IMG/VR virus record: IMGVR_UViG_3300014208_001435
Location: 1 to 46,349 of that record
Reading direction: 5' to 3' (one strand)
DNA length: 46,349 nt
From: a virus
Lineage: Duplodnaviria > Caudoviricetes
Each line of letters starts with the position of its first letter. Position 1 is the first letter of the stretch. Positions 1 to 7,897 of this stretch are shown here, one piece after another. A program made the position numbers and the translations under genes. The notes under the pieces were generated by a model. That model did not search any database. It had not been told where the DNA came from and saw only the letters and a program-made list of their open reading frames with translations.

Positions 1-42
1 TTAACCACTTGGTCGCTGGTTCGAATCCAGCTGTCGGAGCCA
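1..42 (+). tRNA. 3' half of tRNA-Asn(GTT), probable att core
   Basis: TTAA anticodon-loop end, T-arm GCTGG-TTCGAAT-CCAGC, acceptor strand ending GGAGCCA as in tRNA-Asn; truncated by window edge. Confidence 0.8.
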
Positions 43-1488
43 TTTTATACCATTGGGCGAACTTTTGGTTTTGAAGTTCAATTCCAGCCTGAAGTCGCCG
101 GTGGTAGACTGCTGAATGCCTTTCACGTTGGCCAGTAATAATCTTCGCTGATTGTCCGTATTGTCCGGCTCCATGCTTAACTGCTTCGAGAACTCATGCA
201 ACTGATTCACTATCTCCCGCGCTGAATCGAAGATTCCCGCATCGGCGCAGCACTGCGCGTCCAGATACTCCATTCTTGCATTCAGGCGGTCGATTTCTTT
301 GGACAGCGCCGCCAGGCGGGTATTGAAGAATTCGGCATTGTCATCGGTCAGCTTGCGGCCGAGAATGGTCTGGTAGACTTTTTCGCGCTCGGCTCTGGTC
401 TCTTTCAGGGCCTGCCGGACGTTGAGCAGCTCCGGCGACAGCGTCGCCACGTAGGCCAGATGCTTCTTTTCCACGGCGGCGCAGGAGGCTTCAATCAATT
501 TATCCGGAATCGTGATCTTTCTACAATAATCCAGCGCTGATTTCTCGAGGAGCGGCGCGGAGATGCGGTTTTTGCAGGTGATGTTGTCCGTGCACCGGTA
601 ATAGTGGTATTCGCCGCTCTTGGCGCTGGCGGGGGTCATGTAGCGTCCGCAATGGCATTTAACGAGCCCGGACAGCACGTAGGGATAACGCTGGGCTTTC
701 GGTCGGCTGTGGCGTTTGGCGCACGGCAGTTTCGTCTGCACGCGCTGCCAGAGCGTTTCGTCGATGATGGCGGGATGTCTGCCGGGAAACTCCTGTCCGG
801 CGTATACGATGCGGCCCAGATAGGTTTTATTGCGCAGCAGATTGAGTATCTGCTGTTTCGACAGTACGCCGCGATATTTCTGCACGATGTGCATGGTGGT
901 GTAATTATCGGCGGCGTACATGGCGAAAATATCGCGGACGATCTCCGAACGTCGCGGATCGACGTAAATCTGATTGTCGCCTTTGGTGGCGCGCCGGTAG
1001 CCGTAGGGCGGGTTGCCGCACGGCCACAGTCCGGCGGCGGCGATGGATATCATCTTGTTGCGGGTGTTCTCGGCGGTCTGTTCGCGCTCGAACTGGTTGA
1101 ACACCTGGAGAATGCCCAGCATGGCACGTCCCGACGGCGTGGAAAAGTCCAGGTTCTTTTCCGTGATCGAGACGAAGCCTTTGGCGTGGCGGTATAGTTT
1201 GTCGAAGATCACCGCGCCGTCCCTGAGTGATCGAGTCATCCTTGAAAGCTTATAGCAGCAGATCGTCTCCCACTCCGCCGCGCCGGAGTCCAGTTCCGCC
1301 ATGACCTGCGACCAGGCGGGGCGCGACATATCCTTGCCGGAATAGAATTCATCGGATACCGCGCTGACGATCTCGCCGCCCTGGCTCAGGACGTATTCGC
1401 GGCAGAGATCAAGCTGCATCTTGATGGAGGTTTCGCGGTCGCTGTCGCTGCCGCGCGGCGAAACACGGGCGTAAATCAGATATTTCAT
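1..1488 (-). CDS. Large serine recombinase (integrase)
   Basis: N-terminal YARVS catalytic motif, SG..RP and SRMTRS resolvase motifs, PYGY recombinase domain, Cys-rich zinc ribbon, coiled coil. Confidence 0.95.
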   Translation of the reverse strand: MKYLIYARVSPRGSDSDRETSIKMQLDLCREYVLSQGGEIVSAVSDEFYSGKDMSRPAWSQVMAELDSGAAEWETICCYKLSRMTRSLRDGAVIFDKLYRHAKGFVSITEKNLDFSTPSGRAMLGILQVFNQFEREQTAENTRNKMISIAAAGLWPCGNPPYGYRRATKGDNQIYVDPRRSEIVRDIFAMYAADNYTTMHIVQKYRGVLSKQQILNLLRNKTYLGRIVYAGQEFPGRHPAIIDETLWQRVQTKLPCAKRHSRPKAQRYPYVLSGLVKCHCGRYMTPASAKSGEYHYYRCTDNITCKNRISAPLLEKSALDYCRKITIPDKLIEASCAAVEKKHLAYVATLSPELLNVRQALKETRAEREKVYQTILGRKLTDDNAEFFNTRLAALSKEIDRLNARMEYLDAQCCADAGIFDSAREIVNQLHEFSKQLSMEPDNTDNQRRLLLANVKGIQQSTTGDFRLELNFKTKSSPNGIKWLRQLDSNQRPSG

Positions 1489-1502
1489 GATGAGACCTTA
1501 TT

Positions 1503-2339
1503 TTAAGGCGTTATACTGGCGGGGTAGAACATTTCGCGGACTTCCGGGGTGAGCCGGGTTTTAGCATAGCGGACGATCGCGCCGGGCTGGACTTCGATTT
1601 TGACGCCTTTGGCGTTCGCCTCGATCAGCCTGCCGGTGATGCGGGTTTTGCCGTCGATGATGAAATCCACCTGGTCGCCGGGCTTGTAGTGCAACGGCGG
1701 CGGGGGCATTACTACGTTATGGGGGGTGACTGGTGACTGGTGAATGGTGACCGGTGACTGGATACCGGGTAGAGCAGCAGCCGGGGCCGCCGCCGGCGGC
1801 GCGCTGATCATCGGCGCGGGGGCGGGCGCATCCGGGATAGTCTGACTGGTCGGACTGGCTGCAACCGGGCTGGACGGGACCGGCGGCGGTTGCGGCCTGG
1901 AGTGTTCGCTGCAACTGCCGATAATGGCGAACAGCGCGAAGATGATAATCAGGATCAGGCAGCCCGCGGCAAGCTGATTGCCGCAGCCGGACTGTTGCTG
2001 CTGCTGCGTCTGGCTCTGATTGACGTTGACGTGGATATGGTTGACCGGCGGTGTCCCCTGCCCCGCTTCCGGCACTAAATATTCATGGCAGTGGCGGCAT
2101 TTAAGCGCTCCGGACCTGACCATCTCGCCGCAGAAGCGGCAGGCGGCGGTGTTATCGCTCTTCGCCGGCAGTTCCGGTTCCGGGCGCACCATCGGCGTGA
2201 CGCTGCTGACGATCTCCACCGCCGTGAACGATTCCGGAGCCAGAATTTTATTGCCGCACCGGGCACAGCAGATTTTGCGTCCGGCATGTTCGTCCGGTAT
2301 CTCCAGTTTTCCGCCGCAGCCGGGGCATGGAATTTGCAT
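1503..2339 (-). CDS. Zinc-ribbon membrane protein with Pro/Ala-rich exported C-terminus
   Basis: CPGC/CARC and CRFC/CRHC pairs, hydrophobic segment LILIIIFALFAIIG. Confidence 0.75.
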   Translation of the reverse strand: MQIPCPGCGGKLEIPDEHAGRKICCARCGNKILAPESFTAVEIVSSVTPMVRPEPELPAKSDNTAACRFCGEMVRSGALKCRHCHEYLVPEAGQGTPPVNHIHVNVNQSQTQQQQQSGCGNQLAAGCLILIIIFALFAIIGSCSEHSRPQPPPVPSSPVAASPTSQTIPDAPAPAPMISAPPAAAPAAALPGIQSPVTIHQSPVTPHNVVMPPPPLHYKPGDQVDFIIDGKTRITGRLIEANAKGVKIEVQPGAIVRYAKTRLTPEVREMFYPASITP

Positions 2340-2350
2340 GGTGATGCCTT

Positions 2351-2875
2351 TTAGTTGGACGGATGCAGCGCGTTGTACTGCTCGCGGGTGAGTTCCAGTA
2401 TATAGGCGCTGCTCTTATACACATGATTTGTCGGCACGTTATTCCAGGTGTTTTTTTTTGGCTGAAATACGACCGCATTACTTGTCGGATGATTCGGTTG
2501 TCCGGGATGCCAGTTTTTATATTGCATGGTTGAACCGTCAACCCAGTTCCAAATTCCATTAATTCTACACCCTCCAAAGTAAATCATGTGAATGTCGCTG
2601 GATTTTGTTAAATCATCAAAAATAATGTTGTTGGTTTCTGCGTCTTTGATGCAGGCCAGGCGGCCGCCTTTGGATTCGGCGTCGAACTTGGCGGCGTCCC
2701 AGGTGCCGGACCAGGGGACGAGTTCGAAATAGCGGTCGCCCGCCCAGACGGACTTGACGGGGTCGGCGGCGTAACAGCCGAGGGGCCAGGCGAGACAAGC
2801 CAGACAAGCGAGAAAAGCGGGAACGAGGAAGAGTTTTAACAGGGACGGACACGATTTGCAGGATGCGTTTTGCAT
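2351..2875 (-). CDS. Exported C-type lectin-like domain protein
   Basis: Signal peptide; TWDAAKFDAESKGGRLACI, WNWVDGS, YKNWHPGQPN and WNNV motifs. Confidence 0.8.
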   Translation of the reverse strand: MQNASCKSCPSLLKLFLVPAFLACLACLAWPLGCYAADPVKSVWAGDRYFELVPWSGTWDAAKFDAESKGGRLACIKDAETNNIIFDDLTKSSDIHMIYFGGCRINGIWNWVDGSTMQYKNWHPGQPNHPTSNAVVFQPKKNTWNNVPTNHVYKSSAYILELTREQYNALHPSN

Positions 2876-2880
2876 GATGA

Positions 2881-3597
2881 CTACTCCTTGGCTAATTGTT
2901 TCTGGTTTATTTTCGCGTCAATCTGCGCTTTCTGCGTGATGACGGCGGTTAATTCGGTTTCCAGCGGCGCGGCTTCGCGGGCTTTCGATTCTTCTTTGGA
3001 CTCATACACCCACTGGACGCGGCGGGTGCGCGACGGGGTTTCCGCCATCGTGTGGATGAAGCCGTTATGCGATCCGTCCTTGTTCAGATAATACCAGCCG
3101 GTTTCGCGTCCGCCGCCGGACATCAGTTTATTGTTCACGGCGTTGATCCGGCGCTGCAGATCCTGCTGCCGCGTGGCCAGCGCGGCGGACTGCGCCTTTA
3201 AACCCGCGAGTTCCGTCTGCTGCTGTCTGTCGGGCGCCGCTGCGGACTGCGCCGGCACCGGCGCGGACTGTTCCGCCTGCTGGACTGCGGCGGCCGGAAC
3301 GGACGGTTTGTCCACGGCGGCCGTCTGCTGCGCGATCAGGGCATTCTGGTCGCTCACCTGTTTTTCCAGCCGCGCAATTTTTTTATTGGCGGCGGAGAGT
3401 TCATTTTCGGTGTTGATCAGCGTGGTGGCCGAATGCTGCAGGCCGGCCTTGTCGGCATCGGCGACAGATTCGGCGTGGGCGACTTGTTTTTTGAGCGGCG
3501 CGAGCTGTTCGTCCAGGCGGGATACTTCGAGATAATTATAGATGCCCCAGCACAGCAGCGCGGCGATGATTACGATTGATGCAATAAATCCCTTCAT
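2881..3597 (-). CDS. Membrane-anchored coiled-coil protein
   Basis: N-terminal hydrophobic segment, Q/A/K heptad-rich body, GGAG upstream of ATG 3597. Confidence 0.7.
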   Translation of the reverse strand: MKGFIASIVIIAALLCWGIYNYLEVSRLDEQLAPLKKQVAHAESVADADKAGLQHSATTLINTENELSAANKKIARLEKQVSDQNALIAQQTAAVDKPSVPAAAVQQAEQSAPVPAQSAAAPDRQQQTELAGLKAQSAALATRQQDLQRRINAVNNKLMSGGGRETGWYYLNKDGSHNGFIHTMAETPSRTRRVQWVYESKEESKAREAAPLETELTAVITQKAQIDAKINQKQLAKE

Positions 3598-3651
3598 AAT
3601 GTTTTCTCCTCTGTTATTTAATTTACCGTGAATTTCAGCAAATGGCAAATG

Positions 3652-4203
3652 TCAAGGCTTATTTTTCTGTTTGTCCATCTGCGCCGGTCCGGTTTTTTTT
3701 GTGCCTCCAGCGGGTTTCGCGGGTGGGGTTGGCGGTTTGGCGTTGTAGGGGGCGCGCTCCTCGGCGATTTCACCCTTGAAAAACTGTTCCGCCAATGCTC
3801 CCATTTCATCGAGATTGCCAATTTCCAGACGTTCTAGCAGTTTAATCAGTTTGTACTTCTGGCTTTCTTTAAGATTGGCACACTTGTCTAGTATAAGCCG
3901 GTCCAGCGGATCGACTACGCGCTGGGCGTTATCCATTGAATTCATATCCAGACCGGAACGGGCCTGGACAAACAGATCGGTAAGACGGTCAAGATATTCG
4001 TCATCGACGATACGCTTGAATTTATCAATGATCGCGTTGAATTGTTCCGGAGTGAAAATACCGTCACCGCGGATAATATTAGTTATACGTTGCGGATTAA
4101 CGCTTAAATCAGTTGCAATCTCAACATTGGTTATTCCGCTTTCAACCAATACTTTCTTAAAATAACGCCCGAATGCTTTCCTCTGTGTTGCATCAACAGT
4201 CAT
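3652..4203 (-). CDS. CI-like XRE/HTH repressor
   Basis: HTH-like GITNVEIATDLSVNPQRITNIIRG; divergent from a small gene across an AT-rich promoter region; GGAGG before ATG 4203. Confidence 0.75.
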   Translation of the reverse strand: MTVDATQRKAFGRYFKKVLVESGITNVEIATDLSVNPQRITNIIRGDGIFTPEQFNAIIDKFKRIVDDEYLDRLTDLFVQARSGLDMNSMDNAQRVVDPLDRLILDKCANLKESQKYKLIKLLERLEIGNLDEMGALAEQFFKGEIAEERAPYNAKPPTPPAKPAGGTKKTGPAQMDKQKNKP

Positions 4204-4234
4204 AATGTCCTCCATTTTGTGCTGTCTATATTAG

Positions 4235-4263
4235 ATTATATATCCATTTAGTGTATAAATCAA
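4235..4263 (-). promoter_or_regulatory. Leftward sigma70-type promoter for repressor operon
   Basis: TTGATT-17 bp-TATAAT on minus strand. Confidence 0.75.
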
Positions 4264-4292
4264 CTTTTTTTCAAAAAATATTTTTTTAGGTA

Positions 4293-4321
4293 TTGACAAA
4301 TACACTGATTTAGTTTATAAT
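4293..4321 (+). promoter_or_regulatory. Rightward early sigma70 promoter with overlapping operator
   Basis: Consensus TTGACA-17 bp-TATAAT; spacer contains ATACACTGATTTAGTTTAT. Confidence 0.85.
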
Positions 4322-4367
4322 TATACCAAACCAATTTAGTGTATTAACAAATTATAAAGGTGTAAAA

Positions 4368-4571
4368 ATGACAGACGGAGCCAGGCTGGTGTTGAAACAG
4401 ACGATACTGCATTTACAACATACCAAATCTCTCACCGCCTCCGATTCCTGCGAGGCATTACAAAAACTCGGCATTGAAAAGAACGGCCGGCATAACGGAA
4501 AAACCAGGAAAACCATTCCGCCGATGCCGGCGGATGACAATAGCACCGCCAGGTGCCCTCTCTCCTCTTGA
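4368..4571 (+). CDS. Small Cro-position protein
   Basis: First ORF after rightward promoter, AAGGTG upstream; positional call only. Confidence 0.55.
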   Translation: MTDGARLVLKQTILHLQHTKSLTASDSCEALQKLGIEKNGRHNGKTRKTIPPMPADDNSTARCPLSS

Positions 4572-4575
4572 TGGA

Positions 4576-4621
4576 CGCCCCGTCCGCCGGACTCATGACC
4601 GGCGGGCGGGGCGGTTTTTTT
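4576..4621 (+). terminator. Rho-independent terminator
   Basis: CGCCCCGTCCGCCGG / CCGGCGGGCGGGGCG stem followed by a T run. Confidence 0.8.
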
Positions 4622-4626
4622 GGGAA

Positions 4627-4671
4627 AGGGGCCAAGCGAGAAAAGCTAGACAAGCGAGAAAAGTTTAAAAC
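4627..4671 (+). repeat. Family A 9-bp-period repeat (GCGAGAAAA / GCTAGACAA)
   Basis: Other copies near 2790, 7640, 8888, 9140, 10105, 10895, 15980, 16455, 17200, 25537, 33187, 41095 (+) and 31060, 33270, 37395 (-). Confidence 0.9.
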
Positions 4672-4690
4672 ATAACGGGGGACGGGAAGA

Positions 4691-5434
4691 ATGAGAATTG
4701 ATAATGATGTACTGGAAGTTTTAAGCAGGGCGGAAGTTGACGGGAAGGCGCTGAAACTGACTGGACAACTGGAGCGGAATCTGTATGTGAAGGTCAACAA
4801 GGTGCTGGAACTCTGCGGCGGCAAGTGGGATAAAAAAGCAAAAGCCCATCTGTTCGACGGTGACGCGGCGGAACGCGTGGATGAAATCATCGTCTCCGGC
4901 GAAGTCGAAGTGCCGAAAGATGAATTCAATTATTTTCCGACGCCGGACAAAGTGGTCAGGCAACTTCTGGAACTGGCGGAACTGCGTCCGGGCATGACGG
5001 TACTGGAGCCGTCCGCGGGCCGTGGGAATATTGCCTACGTCATGGCAAAGCAGGGCGGGGCAATCGTGGATTGCTATGAACTGATGGAAGCCAACTATGC
5101 CAGCCTTGAAATAACCTATCTGAATAAAGTTGAACGCCGCGACTTTCTCACGGTTGAGCCGGAACAGCGATATGACCGGGTGGTGATGAATCCGCCGTTC
5201 ATGAAACAAAGCGACGTCAAGCATGTGAATCATGCGCTGAAGTTCCTGAAGCCCGGCGGCAGACTGGTTGCGGTGATGTCGGCTGGCGTGATCTTCCGCA
5301 GCAACAAACTGACGGCGGATTTTCGCGACATGGTGGCGGATCGCGGCGGCGAGTTCATCGAGCTGCCGGATGCGGCGTTCAAGGAGTCCGGCACGATGGT
5401 GCGGACGGTGATTGTAACAATACCGGGAGCATGA
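4691..5434 (+). CDS. SAM-dependent amino (N6-adenine type) DNA methyltransferase
   Basis: VLEPSAGRG motif I and MNPPF motif IV. Confidence 0.9.
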   Translation: MRIDNDVLEVLSRAEVDGKALKLTGQLERNLYVKVNKVLELCGGKWDKKAKAHLFDGDAAERVDEIIVSGEVEVPKDEFNYFPTPDKVVRQLLELAELRPGMTVLEPSAGRGNIAYVMAKQGGAIVDCYELMEANYASLEITYLNKVERRDFLTVEPEQRYDRVVMNPPFMKQSDVKHVNHALKFLKPGGRLVAVMSAGVIFRSNKLTADFRDMVADRGGEFIELPDAAFKESGTMVRTVIVTIPGA

Positions 5435-5438
5435 TTCA

Positions 5439-5732
5439 ATGAAAATAACTGAGGAAACGTGTCTGCTGGTGAACCGTAGATCGTGGTGGGAGCGGTTCTT
5501 TGAACGGGAATTCCGGCGCGTGCGGCATCTGCACGATTATGACAACAAGGTGTATGCGGTGTTTCTGTATAACCGCATCGTCCGGATGTTCAATGTCCGC
5601 AAGGCGGCGGGGAATTTGGACGCGGCGGCGGAGTATCCGCGCTGGACGGAGCTGCTGACCGGAGATCAATGGCTGGTAAGGGCATCCCTGGTGGATGCCC
5701 CAACAAAAGGGGGCAAATATGACCAGGCGTAA
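5439..5732 (+). CDS. Hypothetical protein
   Basis: ORF closely follows the previous stop; 3' end runs through a REP-like hairpin. Confidence 0.55.
   Translation: MKITEETCLLVNRRSWWERFFEREFRRVRHLHDYDNKVYAVFLYNRIVRMFNVRKAAGNLDAAAEYPRWTELLTGDQWLVRASLVDAPTKGGKYDQA
5680..5700 (+). repeat. Family D REP-like hairpin GGGCATCC-CTGGT-GGATGCCC
   Basis: Copies at 5680, 7677, 10946, 17177 (+) and an inverted copy at 25051-25075. Confidence 0.9.
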
Positions 5733-5913
5733 AAACAAGGTGGAGGCGATCTACAGCATCAGTTGTCCGGACGTCGACAATGACGGCCCGATTGAACTGC
5801 TGTATGACGATCAGACGATCCTGGAGCTGGCGGACATGATCGCGGATTCGGCGATTGCGGCGGCCAGAAGGGCGGCAGGGATTCCGCCGCCGCAGAATAA
5901 TATGACCGTGTGA
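5719..5913 (+). CDS. Hypothetical protein
   Basis: AAGGGGG upstream of ATG; co-oriented in operon. Confidence 0.55.
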   Translation: MTRRKNKVEAIYSISCPDVDNDGPIELLYDDQTILELADMIADSAIAAARRAAGIPPPQNNMTV

Positions 5914-6010
5914 CACATCCCCCCGGCGGCGTTGCCTGGCCGCCGGGAATTTATTTAGCAGGGGTCAAGCAAACAGCCCGGAAAACATAAAACAAAAACA
6001 GCAAGGGGGA

Positions 6011-6277
6011 ATGATGGAAAAAGAACGATCAATGGTTAACGGCGTGGATATGCGGGGGATGGTGTACAGGATTGTTTCGGAGGTCAACGGGACCATCCAG
6101 GAGAAAATCAGCGATGAACAGCGGCTGGTTGACGATATCGGGATGGATTCGATTGCCCTGGTCGAGCTGTCGATGGAGCTGGAGAACCTGTTCGATATCA
6201 GTATCCCGGATGACGCGGTCGCCGGGTGGAAGACGGTCGGGGACGTGGTGGAATATGTGGAGCAGGCGGAGGAATAA
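6011..6277 (+). CDS. acpP: Acyl carrier protein
   Basis: Acidic 88 aa; DDIGMDSIALVELSMELENLFDISIPDD resembles the ACP DLGADSL...FD.EIPDE signature with the phosphopantetheine Ser; KTVGDVVEYV tail. Confidence 0.85.
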   Translation: MMEKERSMVNGVDMRGMVYRIVSEVNGTIQEKISDEQRLVDDIGMDSIALVELSMELENLFDISIPDDAVAGWKTVGDVVEYVEQAEE

Positions 6278-6369
6278 CCGCCGGGGCAACAAACAGCCGA
6301 CGGGTCGGACGGGGAAGACAAGTCAGACGGGTCGGGGAAAAATAACCAATAACACGGGAGAAAAGAAGT

Positions 6370-6711
6370 ATGGCGAACGAAAAAGAAACACCGAGGCATA
6401 ACGCGATGGACACCATCAATGACCTCAGCGGCGGCGACGTGAACTATGATGTATCGGTGGCGCTGGCGGCGGTACTGGCCGGAGTCAAGGAACACGGCAA
6501 GGCGGGCAGCGTCACGCTGAAAATCAAAATCGAGCCGAATCCGAAGTATGGCGAATCTGCGGTGACGGTCACGCCGGAAGTGGAATGCAAAGTTCCGCGC
6601 CGGGCGCACAAAAAGAACATGCGGTTCATCGACAAGGACAACCGCCTGGTCAATGACGATCCGAACCAGATGCAGTTCAAAGAAATCGAAAAGAGTTTCA
6701 AAAGTAAATAA
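6370..6711 (+). CDS. Phage protein (YfdP-like partner of DUF2303)
   Basis: GKAGSVTLKIKIEP and DDPNQMQF motifs typical of the gene upstream of DUF2303. Confidence 0.65.
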   Translation: MANEKETPRHNAMDTINDLSGGDVNYDVSVALAAVLAGVKEHGKAGSVTLKIKIEPNPKYGESAVTVTPEVECKVPRRAHKKNMRFIDKDNRLVNDDPNQMQFKEIEKSFKSK

Positions 6712-6740
6712 CTGCCCGGACGGGCGAAAGGACAGAAGAT

Positions 6741-7571
6741 ATGAACGAAAATACAGGAGTGGACAAACTGGCGGAATTCACCCATAAACTCGGGGTGGAA
6801 AGCCGCGAACTCAAGAGCGTGCTGCTGGGCGTGGACAATAACAAGCTGCCGGTGGCGGTGCTGCCGGAAAACCTGAAGATTGTTGCACTGGAGCAATATC
6901 TGCCGCAGCATCCGGCGCGGAAAGAAGTCGATCTGATGCTGACCGATCCGCAGAGTTACTGCGGATATATCAACGAGCAGAAAAAAGAGAGCACCAGGAT
7001 ATTCGCCACCTTCGACACGGCGAACGGCATCTATCTGTTCAAGGCAGTCATCGATTATCACGGCGTGACCGATAAGCCGGCGGACTGGTGCGCCCATGTT
7101 GTCAGTCTCAAGTTAGGATTGTCCGACCAGTTCAAAGCGTGGAAAGCGATCAACGGTAAAATGTTCGGACAGCAGGCGTTCGCGGAGTTCCTGAAGGACA
7201 ACCGTCTGGACATCATCACGCCGGACAATGCGACGATTGTGGAACTGGTCGAAGAACTGGAAGCGACGGTCAATCAGCGCGTGAACGGACGCACTCCGAC
7301 CAATAAAGGCATGGCAATCGGATTTGAACAGGACGTGCAGACCAACCGTCAAGGCAAGAAGGTGGACGTGCCGGAAAAGATCACGATCCGCGTTCCGGTA
7401 TTCCTGGGGATGGACAGTTTCGAGATCGAATGCGATTTCAAGTTCAGAACGGAAAGCGGACTGCTGTCATTCGGTATCCGGATGCTGGCGGTGGACAAGC
7501 TGGTGCGCGACACCGTGCTGGCGGCCGCCGAGACGATCAGGAAGGAAACGGAACTGCCGGTCTACATTTAG
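6741..7571 (+). CDS. DUF2303 (YfdQ-like) protein
   Basis: AVIDYH, ADWCAH, QQAFAEFL and IRVPVFLG motifs. Confidence 0.75.
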   Translation: MNENTGVDKLAEFTHKLGVESRELKSVLLGVDNNKLPVAVLPENLKIVALEQYLPQHPARKEVDLMLTDPQSYCGYINEQKKESTRIFATFDTANGIYLFKAVIDYHGVTDKPADWCAHVVSLKLGLSDQFKAWKAINGKMFGQQAFAEFLKDNRLDIITPDNATIVELVEELEATVNQRVNGRTPTNKGMAIGFEQDVQTNRQGKKVDVPEKITIRVPVFLGMDSFEIECDFKFRTESGLLSFGIRMLAVDKLVRDTVLAAAETIRKETELPVYI

Positions 7572-7829
7572 GATCAGTATTCAGGCCCGGAGCCGCGGGA
7601 GGGCGGCTCCGGTACTGAATACTGATAGTTGCAAGGGGCCAAGTTGAAAGCGAGAAAAGTGAACAGCCGGGAGCAGGGGCATCCCTGGTGGATGCCCGGA
7701 CAAGTGAACAGCCGGGGAAACGGATACTGCTGTGGAGCGTTGACCGTCGGCTGCCGTGGTGGGTATTGGTTTTCGGGGCGGTGTTGCTGGCGGGGATTGT
7801 GATCGAGGCGGTGTGGCAGAGTTAGCAGC

Positions 7830-7866
7830 CGATGGACGATATGGACGGCATGGACATAATGGACGG
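7830..7866 (+). repeat. Family F 9-bp-period repeat (ATGGACRNN / ACGGACNNN)
   Basis: GATGGACGATATGGACGGCATGGACATAATGGAC; related copies near 9495, 15080, 18085 (+) and 35790-35834 (-). Confidence 0.75.
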
Positions 7867-7897
7867 AATATAGAATAATAATAAGGGGACGGGGAAG

